The notes beneath the pieces are model-generated. The model was not told the DNA's origin, did no database searches, and saw only the letters and a list, made by a program, of their open reading frames with translations. Below, piece after piece: positions 1 through 13,963 of a stretch of 64,000 bases of DNA. Each line of letters opens with the position of its first letter. Position 1 is the first letter of the stretch. The stretch covers positions 360,833-424,832 of the forward strand of contig NW_003314281.1 in NCBI RefSeq assembly GCF_000143415.4, in the 5' to 3' direction. The position numbers were made by a program, and so were the translations under genes. This stretch comes from Selaginella moellendorffii (Eukaryota; Plantae; Lycopodiophyta).

Positions 1-365
1 TCATAATTAGTCAATAGAAAGGGCATAATAGCGAATGTATCTTGGCAGACACGGCAAAATACTATATAACAATATTGAGGGACTAAACTCAATTTTGTGA
101 GGGTTCTTGATACTAGCAAGTGCAAGCTAATGACAAGAGTTTCTCAAACCAAGTCAAATCTTCTCAACAAAAAACACATAGGAGTTCCTACCTTATATTT
201 ATCCGATTTAAGTACATGGCTATTGACCAGTTTCTCAACTAACTCAAGTGAGAATTATAAAAGGAACCAATTGTACCAACCTCTGGCCATCATGGTAGTA
301 AGGAAAGAGTGTCCAATGACTAGCCAACAAGTATCTTTTAATACCCGAAGTCACATTCATGATAG
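1..365 (-). repeat. Partial LTR of the ~1.1-kb 'family A' LTR (window-truncated, degraded)
   Basis: Reverse-complement similarity to 9624-10000, e.g. 'gagggttcttgatactagcaagtgcaag' and 'atacccgaagtcacattc'. Confidence 0.75.
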
Positions 366-379
366 AATCCAAGTCTAAG

Positions 380-2610
380 TTCGAGGGTGAAAGCCCAAAG
401 CGATCGTCTCCCAAACCCTAGGGGGTTTGGTGAGCTCCAAAAGTATGGTAGAGGGAGGACTCCAATGAGGCTAAGAGATGTCCCAAGCTTTTTGACTCAC
501 CTCCAACAATGTCGATCGCATTGCATGAGAAAGCATCTATCATATAAATGGTTGATTCAACTGCCACCTTGGGGAAAATCTCTGTGAGCTTAGGAGGAAA
601 GTGTGATGTGGAGCCCATCATAGCATAAGCCTTTTGGGTGTGTTGAGAAAGAGCTCTGCCATGGTTGTTGAGAAACGTGGTGCTATGGGTTCCATTGCTA
701 ATTTCTATTTTGCCTTCTGCGTTGTTGATGGTGCAATGAGCTGCAACTTGCCACGAGCGGCCAAGGATGATAGAGTCTTTCAAAGAGGATGTTCCAAGAT
801 GCTAGTAGTCAGCTACAAGGAAATCTACCTCAGAAATAACACCCTGCACTAAGATCTTGACACCACAACAAATGCCTACACGAAGAATAGTGTGGTTGGC
901 GAAGGTCTTGAACATGATGGAGGAGCTCTCAGTGATCTGTAGCTGTGCTGAAAGGGCAGCTTTGAGCAAAATAATGTTGCTCCCAAAACCGAAATCAATC
1001 AAATCGTCCATCTTGCAAGAGGAAGTACCAATCTGCACCAGGACAAAGAATGGACCAGGATCTCCACCATGTCAATGATGTGCACCTCTTGAGGAGTCCT
1101 GTTGAGAGTGCACTCTGGTGTTCCTGACCGTGCAAACTCCTCTAAATGCTGACCAAAACTAGGGACAAGGCACAACATGTCTTGGAGCGAAAAGGTGACC
1201 AGAGTGTCAACCAACTGTTGAAGAACTAGCTCCAGAACAGGAATAGCTATTGGTGAGATCCCAAGAGGAGAAGAGAGTAGTGACTTGAAGGGGAGCTTAC
1301 AAGCCACCCTTTATGTCACTAGATTTGGTGCCAATAGAGATTCACTCTCAACTGATGCTAGGGGATTTATGATAGGCTGAGCAATTGCCTTCTTCTTCGC
1401 TTGGGCTCGAGTGGCTATAGTTTGCTACTGCTGTCTATAGAGTTCTTCGGCTACCAAGATCATGTTGACTGATGAGGCTAGTGCCTTGCCTTTGCTTGAT
1501 AAAGGGGCTGCCTCAATTGCTTGTTGCTCCAACTGCTCTTGTTATGTCTCTGGACCATGAGATGATGTGGAATTGTCAGCAAAGGGATGTTGCTGGACAC
1601 ATTGAGAAGGTGGAGGCCAAAGCTCTAGGTGAAGCTTGAAGCAATGCTGTGTGTTATGTTATTTGTCTCATAGTGAGTGCACCAATGGGACTTGAATCGG
1701 TGTTCCTAAGCTGCAGCAACCTCTTTCCTGGACACCACCAGCTCCTGGAGTAGCTTGTCATGGTGTGATTGTTGCTAAAGAATGATCTCCTTTAGTTTCT
1801 GCATCTCATTGGCAAAGTTCTCGATAGCCGGAGGTGTATGTTCAATAGCAATGGATGGGCAAACAGTTGCACAAGGTGACTTTGATGGGGTGATGGCTTG
1901 GTCAAAATCAACTCTAGCAATCCCTAGGTTGACAAAAAGCTCTTTTTCCAACTTTGTAGTGAACAAAAATGCCTCATGGCAAGACCCGAATGTCTTCTTA
2001 AAAAGTTTCTACTGCAAGTTCCCACATAGACTTGCTATGAATGCAATGATCCTCTGCTGCTCATCTTGAACCACTCTACGATCCCAACACTACTTCCAAT
2101 ATACTTGAAACTGGGTGATGTAGTCAAGAACAGACTTGTGAGCACCCTGTCGGAATGAAAAGAGGTCAATAAGTAGCTGATTTACGGGTTTTTCTTCAAT
2201 GAAACATTCTCTAAAAGAAGCAAGTGGTGTCTAGAAGTCTGTCTGGTCCTCTAGGAGAAGGAAATCTACCTAAGTTACTACTTTGCCTTTGAGAGACTAC
2301 AAGAAGTCATGGCATATACAATTATCGTTGATCATGTTTATAGTGTAGTAGTAATCAAAACGACTAATATATGATGCTAGAGAGATTGTTCCACACCTGA
2401 GAAGGTTGGCAAATCACTCCCCTTCTGCAAAACATGGAGCTAGGGTCAAGCTAAAGGTGGCTGTGCCATAGCTTGTAGATCTAAATCACTGGAATTTGCC
2501 AAGGATGAAAAAGACTTAGCTCGACAAGGTGCTATGTCATACCTAGCCTACCTCTAGATGTTAGAAAGTTTACTCTGTACCTTAGAGCCTTGAGGTATAG
2601 TAAAAGGGTG
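380..2610 (-). mobile_element. Degraded Ty3/gypsy gag-protease region (non-chromovirus-like)
   Basis: Broken minus-strand ORFs with ILV(Q/D)xG-like and 'LIDFGFGSNIIL' protease-like segments, plus 'IATRAQAKKK'. Related to the remnant at 41000-42600. PBS-like TGGCACCC on the minus strand at ~2606-2613. Confidence 0.55.
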
Positions 2611-2616
2611 CCAATT

Positions 2617-3700
2617 TGTCACATGTCTAATCTGTACCGGCATCAAATACCCTAAACACTACAAATGCCCAGTCAAGGCAATTGGATTGATAGGAGCAGG
2701 AAGACTATAGACTTCTTCAAAGCACAAGGAGAAGAGTCCTTAGGCAAAATAAATGGCCTAGAACCTTTTATTTACTCTATCCACAAATTGCTCAAAATTG
2801 CCAAAAATGCCCATGACAAAAAGAAATAAAGTTGAAAATGGAAGGAGATATATGCCTTAAGCATATATAACTGTTGACCCGTAGAGTAACCGCCGACCTC
2901 TTGCGGTAGTCAGTAACTGGTAACTAGTAACTACGAACTTGTAACTGGTAACTGGTAACCGGTAACCCCTTGCTCTCACTCCTACTCTTGTGCCTACTCC
3001 AACACCAACTCCTACTCGTGCGCCTGCTCCTGCACCTACTCCTACTCCTCTCTGAAGATTGCTTCTTTCCTAAGAAACTTTTAACAAAGTTTAGCCCAAA
3101 AGAGAAAAATGAGTGCTTTGATTTTGATCTTTCACCATTTTGACTGTAAGTAGGCTTGTTGGAAATAGTTTAGCCTCGTCTACCCTCAATTGCAAGAATT
3201 TGTGAAGAAGATGCCTCAATATTCCTTGAGATCGAAGAAAAGATAGCCCAGAACACCAACATTGTGGAAAAACATTTGTATGTCACCACTTTAGATCGAT
3301 AACAAGGGACCATTAGTGTTCTTGGAAACCCTAGGACTAGGAGCACCTTGAGAAATAAACGGCATTCAAAACAAAGCATGGAGCAACATGAATTCTTGCT
3401 ATAAAGATTCCCCTATATAGCCGAAAAAACAAAATCCTTTTGCATGCCATTAATTCACCCAAAACTAGTGCCAAGAATCACCACTACTTGTAGATCTAGG
3501 CCAAATCTACAAACCCAAATGCACTACTTTGAAAAATTTGGCCGAGAATCTAGGCAAGGAAGTGAAAACCCCAAAGTGTTCACCAAACTAAGCCAAGAAA
3601 CATTGTATTCTTCAAATACTACACAGCTTGATTAGCACTATAACTTGCCGAAAAGAAGAGCTCAAAACATACTTGCCATTTTAACATTAATATTTTCAAT
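2617..3700 (-). repeat. Probable LTR of the 380-2610 element, containing GTAACTG and CCTACT tandem arrays
   Basis: TGTCAC terminus sits next to the PBS-like motif. Internal 7-mer and 6-mer tandem repeats at 2913-3050. The right boundary is uncertain. Confidence 0.4.
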
Positions 3701-3704
3701 ATCA

Positions 3705-3998
3705 CCTGTCTTTGTTCTGCATCTGACTTGGGTCTAAACCCAAGTTCCATACCTTGCTAGTTGGTGGAGTACCATATCTTTGTGTTAGGCCACCGGTATA
3801 CTAAAATAACACTAAATTCCATTTGGCTCCATTTTGCATGTTGGTTTTGGCATTGGGATGGTGGATACTCTAGGATTATTCTGAGTTGTTCCATGCTTTT
3901 ATCCCTTTGCTCCTTGGGTTATACACTCATGAGTCACTCTATGCTCTAGTTCCTTCACTCCTTGGCTTTATGCTTGGGAGTTTGGCTCCATTCCTTCA
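3705..3998 (+). repeat. Family A LTR fragment
   Basis: Colinear with 10315-10610 (ttgttctgcatctgacttgggtctaaacccaagttccat...). Confidence 0.75.
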
Positions 3999-3999
3999 T

Positions 4000-6900
4000 A
4001 AATGAACATGTGGTAATGCGAAAAACCATAAGCTATCAAATAGCATAACTAACTATCATAGAAGATCATTAATCATCTCATAAATAAAGAGATGCATAAT
4101 CATCGTTGAAGAAGGAATCTACTATCCCGAAGAATAACAAATCATTCTATATCAACAATAATCAAAAAAAATCTTTGACAAGGATAATTAACTATCCTAG
4201 ATGATAGTCAATTATCTCTAATGATTGCTAGATGTAAAAACCAACTTCAATATCGAAGCTAAAAAGCCAAAATGCCTTCCCCAATAACTTTAAGCAAATG
4301 GACCACAAGCATAAAAACTCAAAAAATTAAAAGCTAAAAGAAGTCATAGCCAAGTCTTACTTAATAATGATCATAAATCTTGCCTAATAATGATCACAAG
4401 TCTTGTATGAACTAACTTTAATACTAAAGAAGAAATCATGGTATAACCAACAATATCATCCTCAACACATCCATAAACTAAACTTCCTAATGCAAAGCTA
4501 ATAAAGAGTATATCTGCATCAATTTAAAAGCCAAACATAACAAAGTTATGCTCAACAAGTGATTATCAAACTGATCCTCCATAAATCCATCTTCTATAGT
4601 AAGACGTAACTCACTTCATAACAAGCACAAGAAAAATCATTAATGATCGATTATCCCAATTCAAATCTAACAAAGAATCAACATCTTTAATATCAATCAC
4701 AACTTTTCATCTCGTAAAGTTAGTATAGTCCATGACTAAATCACTTTTCAAGGAAAAGCCAAAGCTCAATATCTACTGAGCAATCTCGTTTAAAACACAA
4801 CTAACTCAAATTTGCCACTTAGCTTGTTTGAATACTAATATAATTGCTAACTAGCAAATGCACAAATGCTAATAACACAAAGCAACCAAATCATTAATAC
4901 TATCTCCATTGAGACTAATGACACTCAATATCAATTCTACAAAGAGACATCTCATCCCACTTGAATCTCAATATTAATAATGTTAACAACAAGGCATCAT
5001 AATAATGCCATCAACACCAGAATAAAACTAAAAGAAAGCAAGAATGAATCACCACTCAAAACTCTTTAGCAACCAAGCTAACCAAAGTTGAAAATACTTT
5101 ATTTAATATCCAAGACTAATTCTTCAACAAAACTTAATTACAGATAACACATCAGCAAAGAGTAAATCACCATATCCAAGACTCCATGAAATCCAACACC
5201 ACAAACTAAATGTAAATAAATGTAATTGACAAAGGAATCGACATTCCAACATGGAAAAACCATGTAAGCCATGACATGATCCTCCACAACACCATCCAAT
5301 AAAGCAAGTCTACCGCTACTAAATCAGCATTGAGCAAAACAAGTCTCAATAGTCCTTGACGAAGTCTACAAGCAATCACTAGTTGCAAAATAACTAACAA
5401 TCAATCTTTCAACTTACCCTTCACAAGACCCAAACACAAACTCAAGTCATCAAGTTATATACTTGTCTAACAAGAACATAATACCCCAAATACAAGATAA
5501 GGTTCATGGACAAGCACGAACTAAATAACTACTCAAATCTAGTTCAACCACAATAAACTCACCAATATGTTTAACCAATAGCTCTAAGCATGCCTTGAAG
5601 AGGCTAACTATGCATAATCAACACTTAGCCAAAACCAAAGTGAAGACTATGAAATGGACTTATATTGGTACACAACTTTCTCATAAATAAAGCTATAGTA
5701 CAAGTACTAACATCTCAATTACAAAAAACTAAATTGAACATCACCATCATAAACCAAGATGCAAAGTTACCATGACTAAGTCAAGATCAGTGAGAGCACA
5801 CTACTCTCATAGAGTCTAACAAAATGCAAAGTGCAACTTGCCACCAATCATAACATTACAAAAGAAAGGCATAAGGGTCACTTTTCTAGAAAAGTGCAAC
5901 AGCCACTTTTCTACACCAACTTTAGACTCTATCCAATTTAATTGCCTTAACCCCAAGAGTTAGCATCCCTTTTGGGTTGCATCATACAAACTACTTAGTA
6001 AATTTTAAGCCAATTAAAGTTAACTCCAACCCCTTCATTAATTTGTATTGGCTTATGAAAATAGAATGGTTTTCGAGCAAAGTGATCAACAGATCAGCCA
6101 TTGGAAAAACTTAAGAAAATTTCTGGAAAATTTCCATCCTAGAGAAAGAATGACTCTCAGTCTAGGAATACAAACTTTCAAGACTTAATTAACTTCCTTC
6201 TATCTACAATTTCACTTAGGTTCACCTTAACATAAATTCTCATGACCCAATAGCATGCTTAAGCATTGAACATCATGCCCATATTTCCAAATCCAACATT
6301 GACATCTGCAAAATGCAAAATGCAAAATGAACATCTAAGGCTTGATCACGAAAATCATATCTTTGGATATCCACATTGCACTAACACTCCTCTTCAATCA
6401 CATTCAAGATCTAATGTAAAGCTAAAAACACTAACAAAGAAAATGACATAAAAAATCAAGGTCTAAAGAAAATTCTTCATCACTCAACATAACAATACCA
6501 TTTCCACTAACACAAATGTTAGCGATGTTAATGCCTCAACTTTACACTTTCTCCATCCAACAATCTACTCCAAGTGCTAACAGATTAACTAACAAGCTAT
6601 ATCAAGTGAATGCTATAATCTTTTTGAACACCTTAATAGGCAAACTCAAGGAAATAAGGTACTAATTTAAGCTTAGCATAATGGATCACCATTGAGAATC
6701 TAGTCAAGACTACTACAATGCTACTACATGCAAGTAGACTAGCTTCACTATCAACCACTTTGGGGTTGATCATCATTTTGTAAACACATTACTCACTATC
6801 ACATGTATATGATATAAAAATCACAATGATTTGATCATCAATTAAGCAACACCACGAGCAACACCCATGTCATTCAAAATGCAACATAAATACCACACTC

Positions 6901-8963
6901 CATTGATAAAGACTTACAACACCCAACACCACTAACATTTGTTCACAACACAGACAAACTCACGCCACTCTATTTCCGACCAAACTCAAAACTAATCCAA
7001 CACCAAACTACTCAAGGAGCAATAGCAAAGTTTCCTAGAAGAGAATTGAGCATTGCAACCCAAGTCTTTAATAGTAAGCTTAGACAAAATGGTTTAGCAT
7101 TTCACCACTATCCATCCCATGACTCACCACTTGTAAAATTATTATAATCAACATGCATCAAGATAAGGACTCTTGATTGCATATTATGAACACGGGCAAT
7201 GAATTACACCACATTGCGAATCATTTCTCCAAGAAGAAAAGATGATTTACATGTTTGATTTTTCATCCCTGATACCTCTCTTTTCAGTCTTAACTTTGAC
7301 TTAACTTTAAGCTTGCATTCACATTGCTTTCAGTCCAATCCAAGAAAAGTTTATGAGAGAGCACGGCAATGACTACTTGAACCAATAGACTAATCCCTAT
7401 AATCTTGGTTGATCCACTTGTAATCATACTTAAGAAGGATCCACTAGTGCCATGCTAAATAGCACCTATTTGCCACTCATAGCAAACCCAGAGGAGGTTT
7501 ACATTCAACTCATGGTACATGGAACAACTCATGGAACCACTAATAGGCTAACATTAATCCTGCCAACTCAAAGTGTGACCTTGAGTTGCTAATGTGCCTC
7601 ACTCACGAGCCCAAGCACAAACTCATGCAAACGGAACAACTCAATCCATCTTATGAGCCCAAGAACAAACTCACATAATACGGTACAAAAAGGTAACTAA
7701 ATCCATACCCAAGGAACCATTGCGAAGCCTTTGCACCCAAACATGTACCCACTTGGATCATTGTTTTCATCTTTGCATATGCAACAAGATTAGTTGCCCA
7801 ATTTCATTGGATAGTACTCGCTAAGACATATTCCTCTGATACCAAATGTAGCGCATGTGGTTTTCACCCTTTATCCTATGGTGATTTACCATAGGATAAC
7901 CACAAAATGAAACCTAAACCCTCCATGTGTCACATGCCACGTATCCAAAGGACAGTGGTGTGGAACTTAAGTTTCAATGCCTTGGGCCACTGAACAAAGG
8001 AATGGAGGCAAACTCCCAAGCATGAAGCCAAAGAGCAAAGGAATCAAAGTACGAAGTGACTCCTGAATGTACAGCCCAAGGAGCGAAGGGACAAGACCAC
8101 AGAGCAACTTGGAACAGTCCTAGAGTATCCAACATCTCAATGCCAGAACTAGCACGCAAAACAGATTCTGTGCTATTTCAGTATACCGGTGGCCAAACAC
8201 GAGAATATGGGTACTCCACTAGCTAACATGGTGTGGAATTTGGGCTTAGACCCAAGCTGAACGCAGAACAAGGATAAGCATGCAAGTGGGAGCTAAACTA
8301 TGCCTCAGGTTGGTTGGCCATGCCTAATCTACCCACTATCCCTATTATACATTTGGAACCCCCTATATCCCCCCCCCCCCCCTAGGAACACACACTTTAG
8401 GCTTTCACCCTTACCCACCCTTAGTATTAGGAGTTAGTGTCTAGGACAAGCTCAAGACTTACTAAATATAGAATGTTTCTAAATTGCAAATTTGGATACA
8501 AGATGAACACCATTGTGTTTAGGACAATCTCTACATTCTGTAGATATGCCAAATGAGTAGATTTAGACACTTTCCATAAATAACATTTGGGACCAGAATG
8601 AGACTAACACAAAGGGCATGATAGCGAGGGTGTTTGGCAAACACAATAAGCTATCATTCAGTGATATTGAGGGGATAGTTTCAATACACGAGGGTTCTTA
8701 TCACTAGTCAATATAAGATACAACAAAATGTTAACTCCTTACTGGGCTAAGTATGCTTAACTAATAACATGTAGGAATTCCATCCTTATGCCCATTTGGT
8801 CTAAGTATATTCGAAATGCCTAATTAACTCCACTAGCATAAGAGGGATTGATAAAGGGTCCAGCAATACTGACCTCCTACTGTCTTGGCAATAAGGAAAA
8901 AATATTTAAAAGGACTAGTTGACAAGTATTTTTCGATACCCAAAGTCATATTCACAATATATT
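4000..8963 (-). mobile_element. Degraded non-autonomous Ty3/gypsy element (family A): LTR ~7847-8963, tRNA-iMet PBS 7834-7844, decayed internal region
   Basis: ctctgatacca is the reverse complement of the TGGTATCAGAG PBS and lies next to the TGTA LTR end. 6840-7846 is the reverse complement of 10765-11830. Relic RT-like motifs (VTLMPF, VYDGDVQF) occur on the minus strand at ~5730-5885. Confidence 0.7.
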
Positions 8964-8969
8964 ATTTGT

Positions 8970-9620
8970 TATAGTTGGTGATGTTTGATTTGGTAGAGCA
9001 TTTTCCATAATTGACTATTAGTAATTAGTACATCATTATTATTTTTGACTATTTGACTCATTGGGTAGAACTTAGTGCTCTTACTACTATTGTTAGATAC
9101 TTCCTCTTTAATTTAGTGGTTTTCTAGCATTCTTATTTAGAGTGGATTCTTTTTTATAATAGTTCCATATCTTGATATATTGGTTAAAGATACATTTACA
9201 AGTGCTTATCAATCATAGATGGATGGTTTGGTAGAACACCTCATCAGACTTTCAAATGGATGATCATTAAATATGTGAATTTTCAACATTCGGATTGGGA
9301 TAATTATTTGTCATCCTTTAGTATACATATGTCATAGAGGTATAGAGTTCTATTGGTACTTCATCATATGAACTCTTAAATGATCATAATCTGATATTAC
9401 TAATAAAGTTGATTTTATGTTTATGATTGCCACAAGTTGTTAATGCTATATTCTAAGATCAATATTTGATGAACATTCTTCTACTAGTTCAAGTAAAGTC
9501 TATTAAACACTTATGCCATGTATATATGGGATAACAATGGCACTATAACTCTTATCATCATCCACCTACGAAGTATAAAGTGGATGATCTAATCTTAGTT
9601 TGTTTTCTTAATCTTATATG
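8970..9620 (+). pseudogene. Heavily mutated integrase fragment of the same family as the 23482-28491 element
   Basis: Colinear with ~27330-28030, including the shared string 'tttcaacattcggattgggat' and 'aaagtggatgat'. Many stops. Confidence 0.85.
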
Positions 9621-9623
9621 ACT

Positions 9624-10764
9624 TGTTGTCGCGAATGTGACTTCGGGTATCGAAAGTCACCTGTCGCCTAGTCCTTTCGGATATTTTTTCCTTACTTCCA
9701 CGACAGCAAGAGGTTGGTATTGCTGGACCCGTTATCAGTTCCCACTTGAGCTAGTTGAGAAACTGGTCATTGACCGTGCACTTAAATCAGATAAACATAA
9801 GGTAGGAACCCTATATGTTTCTTGCTGAGCATACTCGGCCTGGTTTGAGAAACTCCTGTCATTGGCTTGCACTTGCTAGTATCAAGAACCTCTGCGATAT
9901 TGAATTTTGTCCCTCAATATTTGCTAGATGATAGCTTATTGTGTCTGCCAAACACCTTCATTATCATACCCTTTGTGTTAATCTCATTTTGGTCCTAAAA
10001 ACTATTTATGGAAAGTGTCTAGATTTGTTCATTTGGCATATCTACGGAATGTAGATATTGTCTTGAACACAATAGTGTTCATCTCGTATCCAAATTCGCA
10101 ATCTAAGGACATTCCATATTGAATAAGTTTCAAGCTTATCCCAGAGACTAACTTTTGATACTAAGGGAGGCTTGGGGTGAAAGCCCAAAGCGTGTGTTCC
10201 TCAAGAAGGGGGGGGGGGGGGGTGCTGTGGGGAGTTCCAAATGTATAGTAGGGATAGTGGGTAGGTCAGGTATGGCCGACTAACTTGAGGCATAGTCTAA
10301 CTCCCGATTGCGTGCCTGTCCTTGTTCTGCGTCTGGCTTGGGTTTAAGCCCAAGCTCCACACCATGCTAGCTGGTGGAGTACCCATATTCTCACATTAAG
10401 CCAGTTGTATGCTAAAATAGCACCAGACTTTGTTTGGCTCCATTTTGCATGCTGGTCATGGCATTGCGATACTGGATACTCTAGGACTATTCCAAGTCAC
10501 TCTATGCTCTTGTCCCTTCGCTCCTTGGGCTGTATGCTCGAGAGTCGTTCTGTGCTCCAGTGCCATTGCTTCTTGGCTCCATGCTTGGGAGTTTGGCACC
10601 GTTTCTTCGTTCAGTGGCCTTAGGCCCTGAAACTCAAGTTCCACACTACTGTTCTTTTGACACATGGCATGTGACACGTGGCACATGGAGTGTTTAGGTT
10701 CCGCTTTGTGGTTATCCTATGGTAAACCACCATAGGATAAAGTGTAAAAACCACATGCACTACA
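9624..10764 (+). repeat. Best-preserved family A LTR (~1.14 kb, TG...CA)
   Basis: Starts TGTTG, ends CTACA, and is followed by the PBS TGGTATCAGAG at 10767-10777. Confidence 0.8.
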
Positions 10765-12990
10765 TTTGGTATCAGAGGAATACGTCTTAGCGAGTACTAT
10801 CCAATAAGATTGGGCAACTAATGTCATTGTATACGCAAAGATGAAAACAATGATTTGAGTGGGTACATATTTGGGTGCAAAGGCTTTGCAATGGTTCCTT
10901 GGGTATGGATTTAGTTACCTTTTTGTACCGTATTATGTGAGTTTGTTCTTGGGCTCATAAGATGGATTGAGTTGTTCTGTTTGCATGAGTTTGTGCTTGG
11001 GCTCGTGAGTGAGGCATATTAGCAACTCAAGGTCACACTTTGAGTTGGCAGGATTAATGTTAGCCTATCGGTGATTCTATGAGTTGTTCCATGTATCGTG
11101 AGTTGAATGTAAACCTCCTCTGGGTTTGCTATGAGTGGCAAATAGGCTGGTCCATAGCTGTTTAGCACGGCACTAGTGGATCCTTCCTAGGCATGATTAT
11201 AAGTGGATCAATTAAGATTGTAGGGATTAGTCTATTGGTTCAAGTAGTCAATGCCATGCTCTCTTATAAACTTTTCCTGGATTGGACTGAAGGCAGTGCA
11301 AATGCAAGCTTGAGTTTTAGTCAAAGATAAGGTTGAAAAAGAGTCATTGGGGACGAAGGATCAAACACGTAAATCATCTTCTCTTCTTGGAGAGATGATT
11401 TGCAACGAGATGTTAGCTTATTGTTTATGTTCACATTATGCAATCAAGAGTCCCTACCTTGATGCATGTTGGTTATAGTGGTCTTACAAGTGGTGAGTTA
11501 TGGGATGGATAGTGGTGAGGCTTGCCATTAGAAGATTTGGGTTACAATGCTCAATTCTTTTCCAAGGAACCTTGTTATTCCTCCTTGAGTAACTTGGTGT
11601 TGGATTTGTTTTGAGTTTGGTTGGAAATAGAGTGGCATGAGCTTGTCCATGTTGTGAACAAAAGTTAGTGGTGTTAAGTGTTGTAAATCTCAATCAGTGG
11701 GGTGTGGCATTTATGTTGCATTTTGTCAAGTCGAGTTGACACTTGATACTCACATAAACCTTTGTAGTAGTGACATAGGCATTACTCGTGGTGTTGCTCA
11801 ATTAATGATTAAATCATTATGATTTCTATATCATATCGGTACACAACCTCCTCATAGACAAAGTTATATTATAGGTACCAACATTTCAACCTTAAACAAG
11901 TAAATTGAACATCACCATCCTCAAACAAAGTGCAGGGCCACCAACACCAAATCAAGATTGGTGAGAGCTCATTACTTTCATAAAATCTAATGAAATGCAA
12001 GGTGCAACTTGCCACCAAGTATAATGCTACCAAAGAAAGGCACATGGGTCACCTTCTTTAGAAAAGTGTAATGACCACTTTTTCACAAACTCTAGACTCT
12101 ATCCAATTTAATTGCCTTAACCCCAAAAGTTAACATCCCTTTTAAGACGCATCATACAAATTACATACTAAGGTCTAAACTAACTGAAATCAACTCTAAC
12201 CCTTTCACTAATTTGTATTAACTTATGAAAACAGAATGATTTTTGAGCAAAGTGATCAATAGATCAGCCATTGGAAAAGCCTAAGAAAATTTGTGGAAAA
12301 TTTTCCATCTTAAAGAAAGAATGACTCTCAGTCTAGGAATGCAAACTTTTCAAAACTCAACCAACTTCTTTCTACCAACAATTTCACATAGGTTCACTTC
12401 AACACAGATTCTCATGACCAATAGTATGCTTAAGCATCAAACATCTTTGCCCATTTTTATGACATTTAATACCAACATCTGCAAAAATGCAAAATGAACG
12501 CCTAATGCTTAATCATAAAGACTATATCTTCGGACATCCACATTGCACTAACACTCTTCTTGAACCATCTTCAAGATCCAATATGAAGCCAAAACACTAA
12601 CAAAAAAAATGACATGGAAAATCAAGGTTTAAGGAGAATTCCTTATCACTTGAAATAACAATGCCACTTCCACTAACACAAGTGTTAGCAATATCAATGC
12701 CTTAATTACACACCTTCTTCATCCAACAATCTACTCCAAGTGCTAACAGATCAACCAACAAACTATAGTAAATGAATGTTACAACCCTTTTTCCAACACT
12801 TTAATGGGCAAACTCAAGGAAACAAGGTTTCAACTCAAACTTAGCATAATGGATCATCTTTGAGAATCCAATCAAAGATACTACAATGTTACTATATGTA
12901 AGTAAACTAACCTCACCATCAACCACTTTGGGGTTGATCATCATTTAACCAAGCAACTTCGTAAACGTATTGTTCACTATCACATGGATA
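10765..12990. mobile_element. Family A internal region, rearranged (plus orientation to ~11830, then minus orientation)
   Basis: 10765-11830 is the reverse complement of 6840-7846. About 11880-12990 is a direct copy of ~5725-6810. Confidence 0.7.
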
Positions 12991-12994
12991 TGTC

Positions 12995-13963
12995 AAGCTG
13001 AACCTAACCCGCTATATGCCATGTGTCATATGCCAAGTTAAACTTCCAAGCTTGTAACCAAGGAGTGAAGGAATCAGAACATAAAATGACTCTTGAGCAT
13101 TTTACCAAGGAGCAAAGGGATAGGAGTATAGAGCAACATTAAAACAATCCTAGAGCATCTAACATCTTAATACCAGGATCAACATGTAAAAATGAAGCCT
13201 AACAAAGTCTGGCACTATTTCAACATACTGATGGTCTAATGCAAAGATATAGGTACTATGGTATGGAACTTGGGTTTAGACCTAAACCAGATATAAAACA
13301 AGGATAGGCATGCAGGAAAGAGCTAAACTATGCCTTAAGTTGGTCAGCCATGCCCAACCTACCGTATTATACATTTGGAACCAACCCCCCCCCCCCCCAC
13401 AAAACATATGCTTCAGGCTTTCACCTTCCACCCTTAGTTACCCTTTAGTACTAGGAGTTAGTTTTTGGGATTAACTCAAAATTTACTAAATATAGAATGG
13501 CACTAGATTGTGAATTTGGACATGCTATTATGTTCAAGACAATTTTTACATTCTGTAGATATGCCAAATTAGCAAATTTAGACACTTTGCATAAATAACA
13601 ATTGGGACTGAATGGAACTAACATAAGGTGGACTGAATGGAACTAACACAAGATGCATGATAGCGAAGGTATTTGGTAAACACGGCAAGTTATCATTTGG
13701 TGAATATTGAGGTACTAAGCTCAATATCACAAAGGTTCCTAACACTAGCAAGTGCAAACCAATATATAAGTTTCTCATACCGGGCTAAGTATGCTCAATA
13801 AAAAACACATAGGAGTTCTTACTTTATGTTTATTTAGCATAAGTACATATATAATGACTAATTTCTAACCTAGCTCGAGTGGAGATTAAAAAAGGGTCTA
13901 GCAATATTGACTTCTTGATATATGATAATAATTTTTTATACCCACAATCACATTTGCAACACA
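12995..13963 (-). repeat. Family A LTR copy (degraded)
   Basis: Colinear with 7920-8963, including the poly-C run and 'gctttcacc'. Confidence 0.75.

Noticed and set aside
10175-10200. Hammerhead ribozyme in the GAAA-hairpin LTR motif
   Set aside because: The CTGANGA core and three-stem junction are not present.
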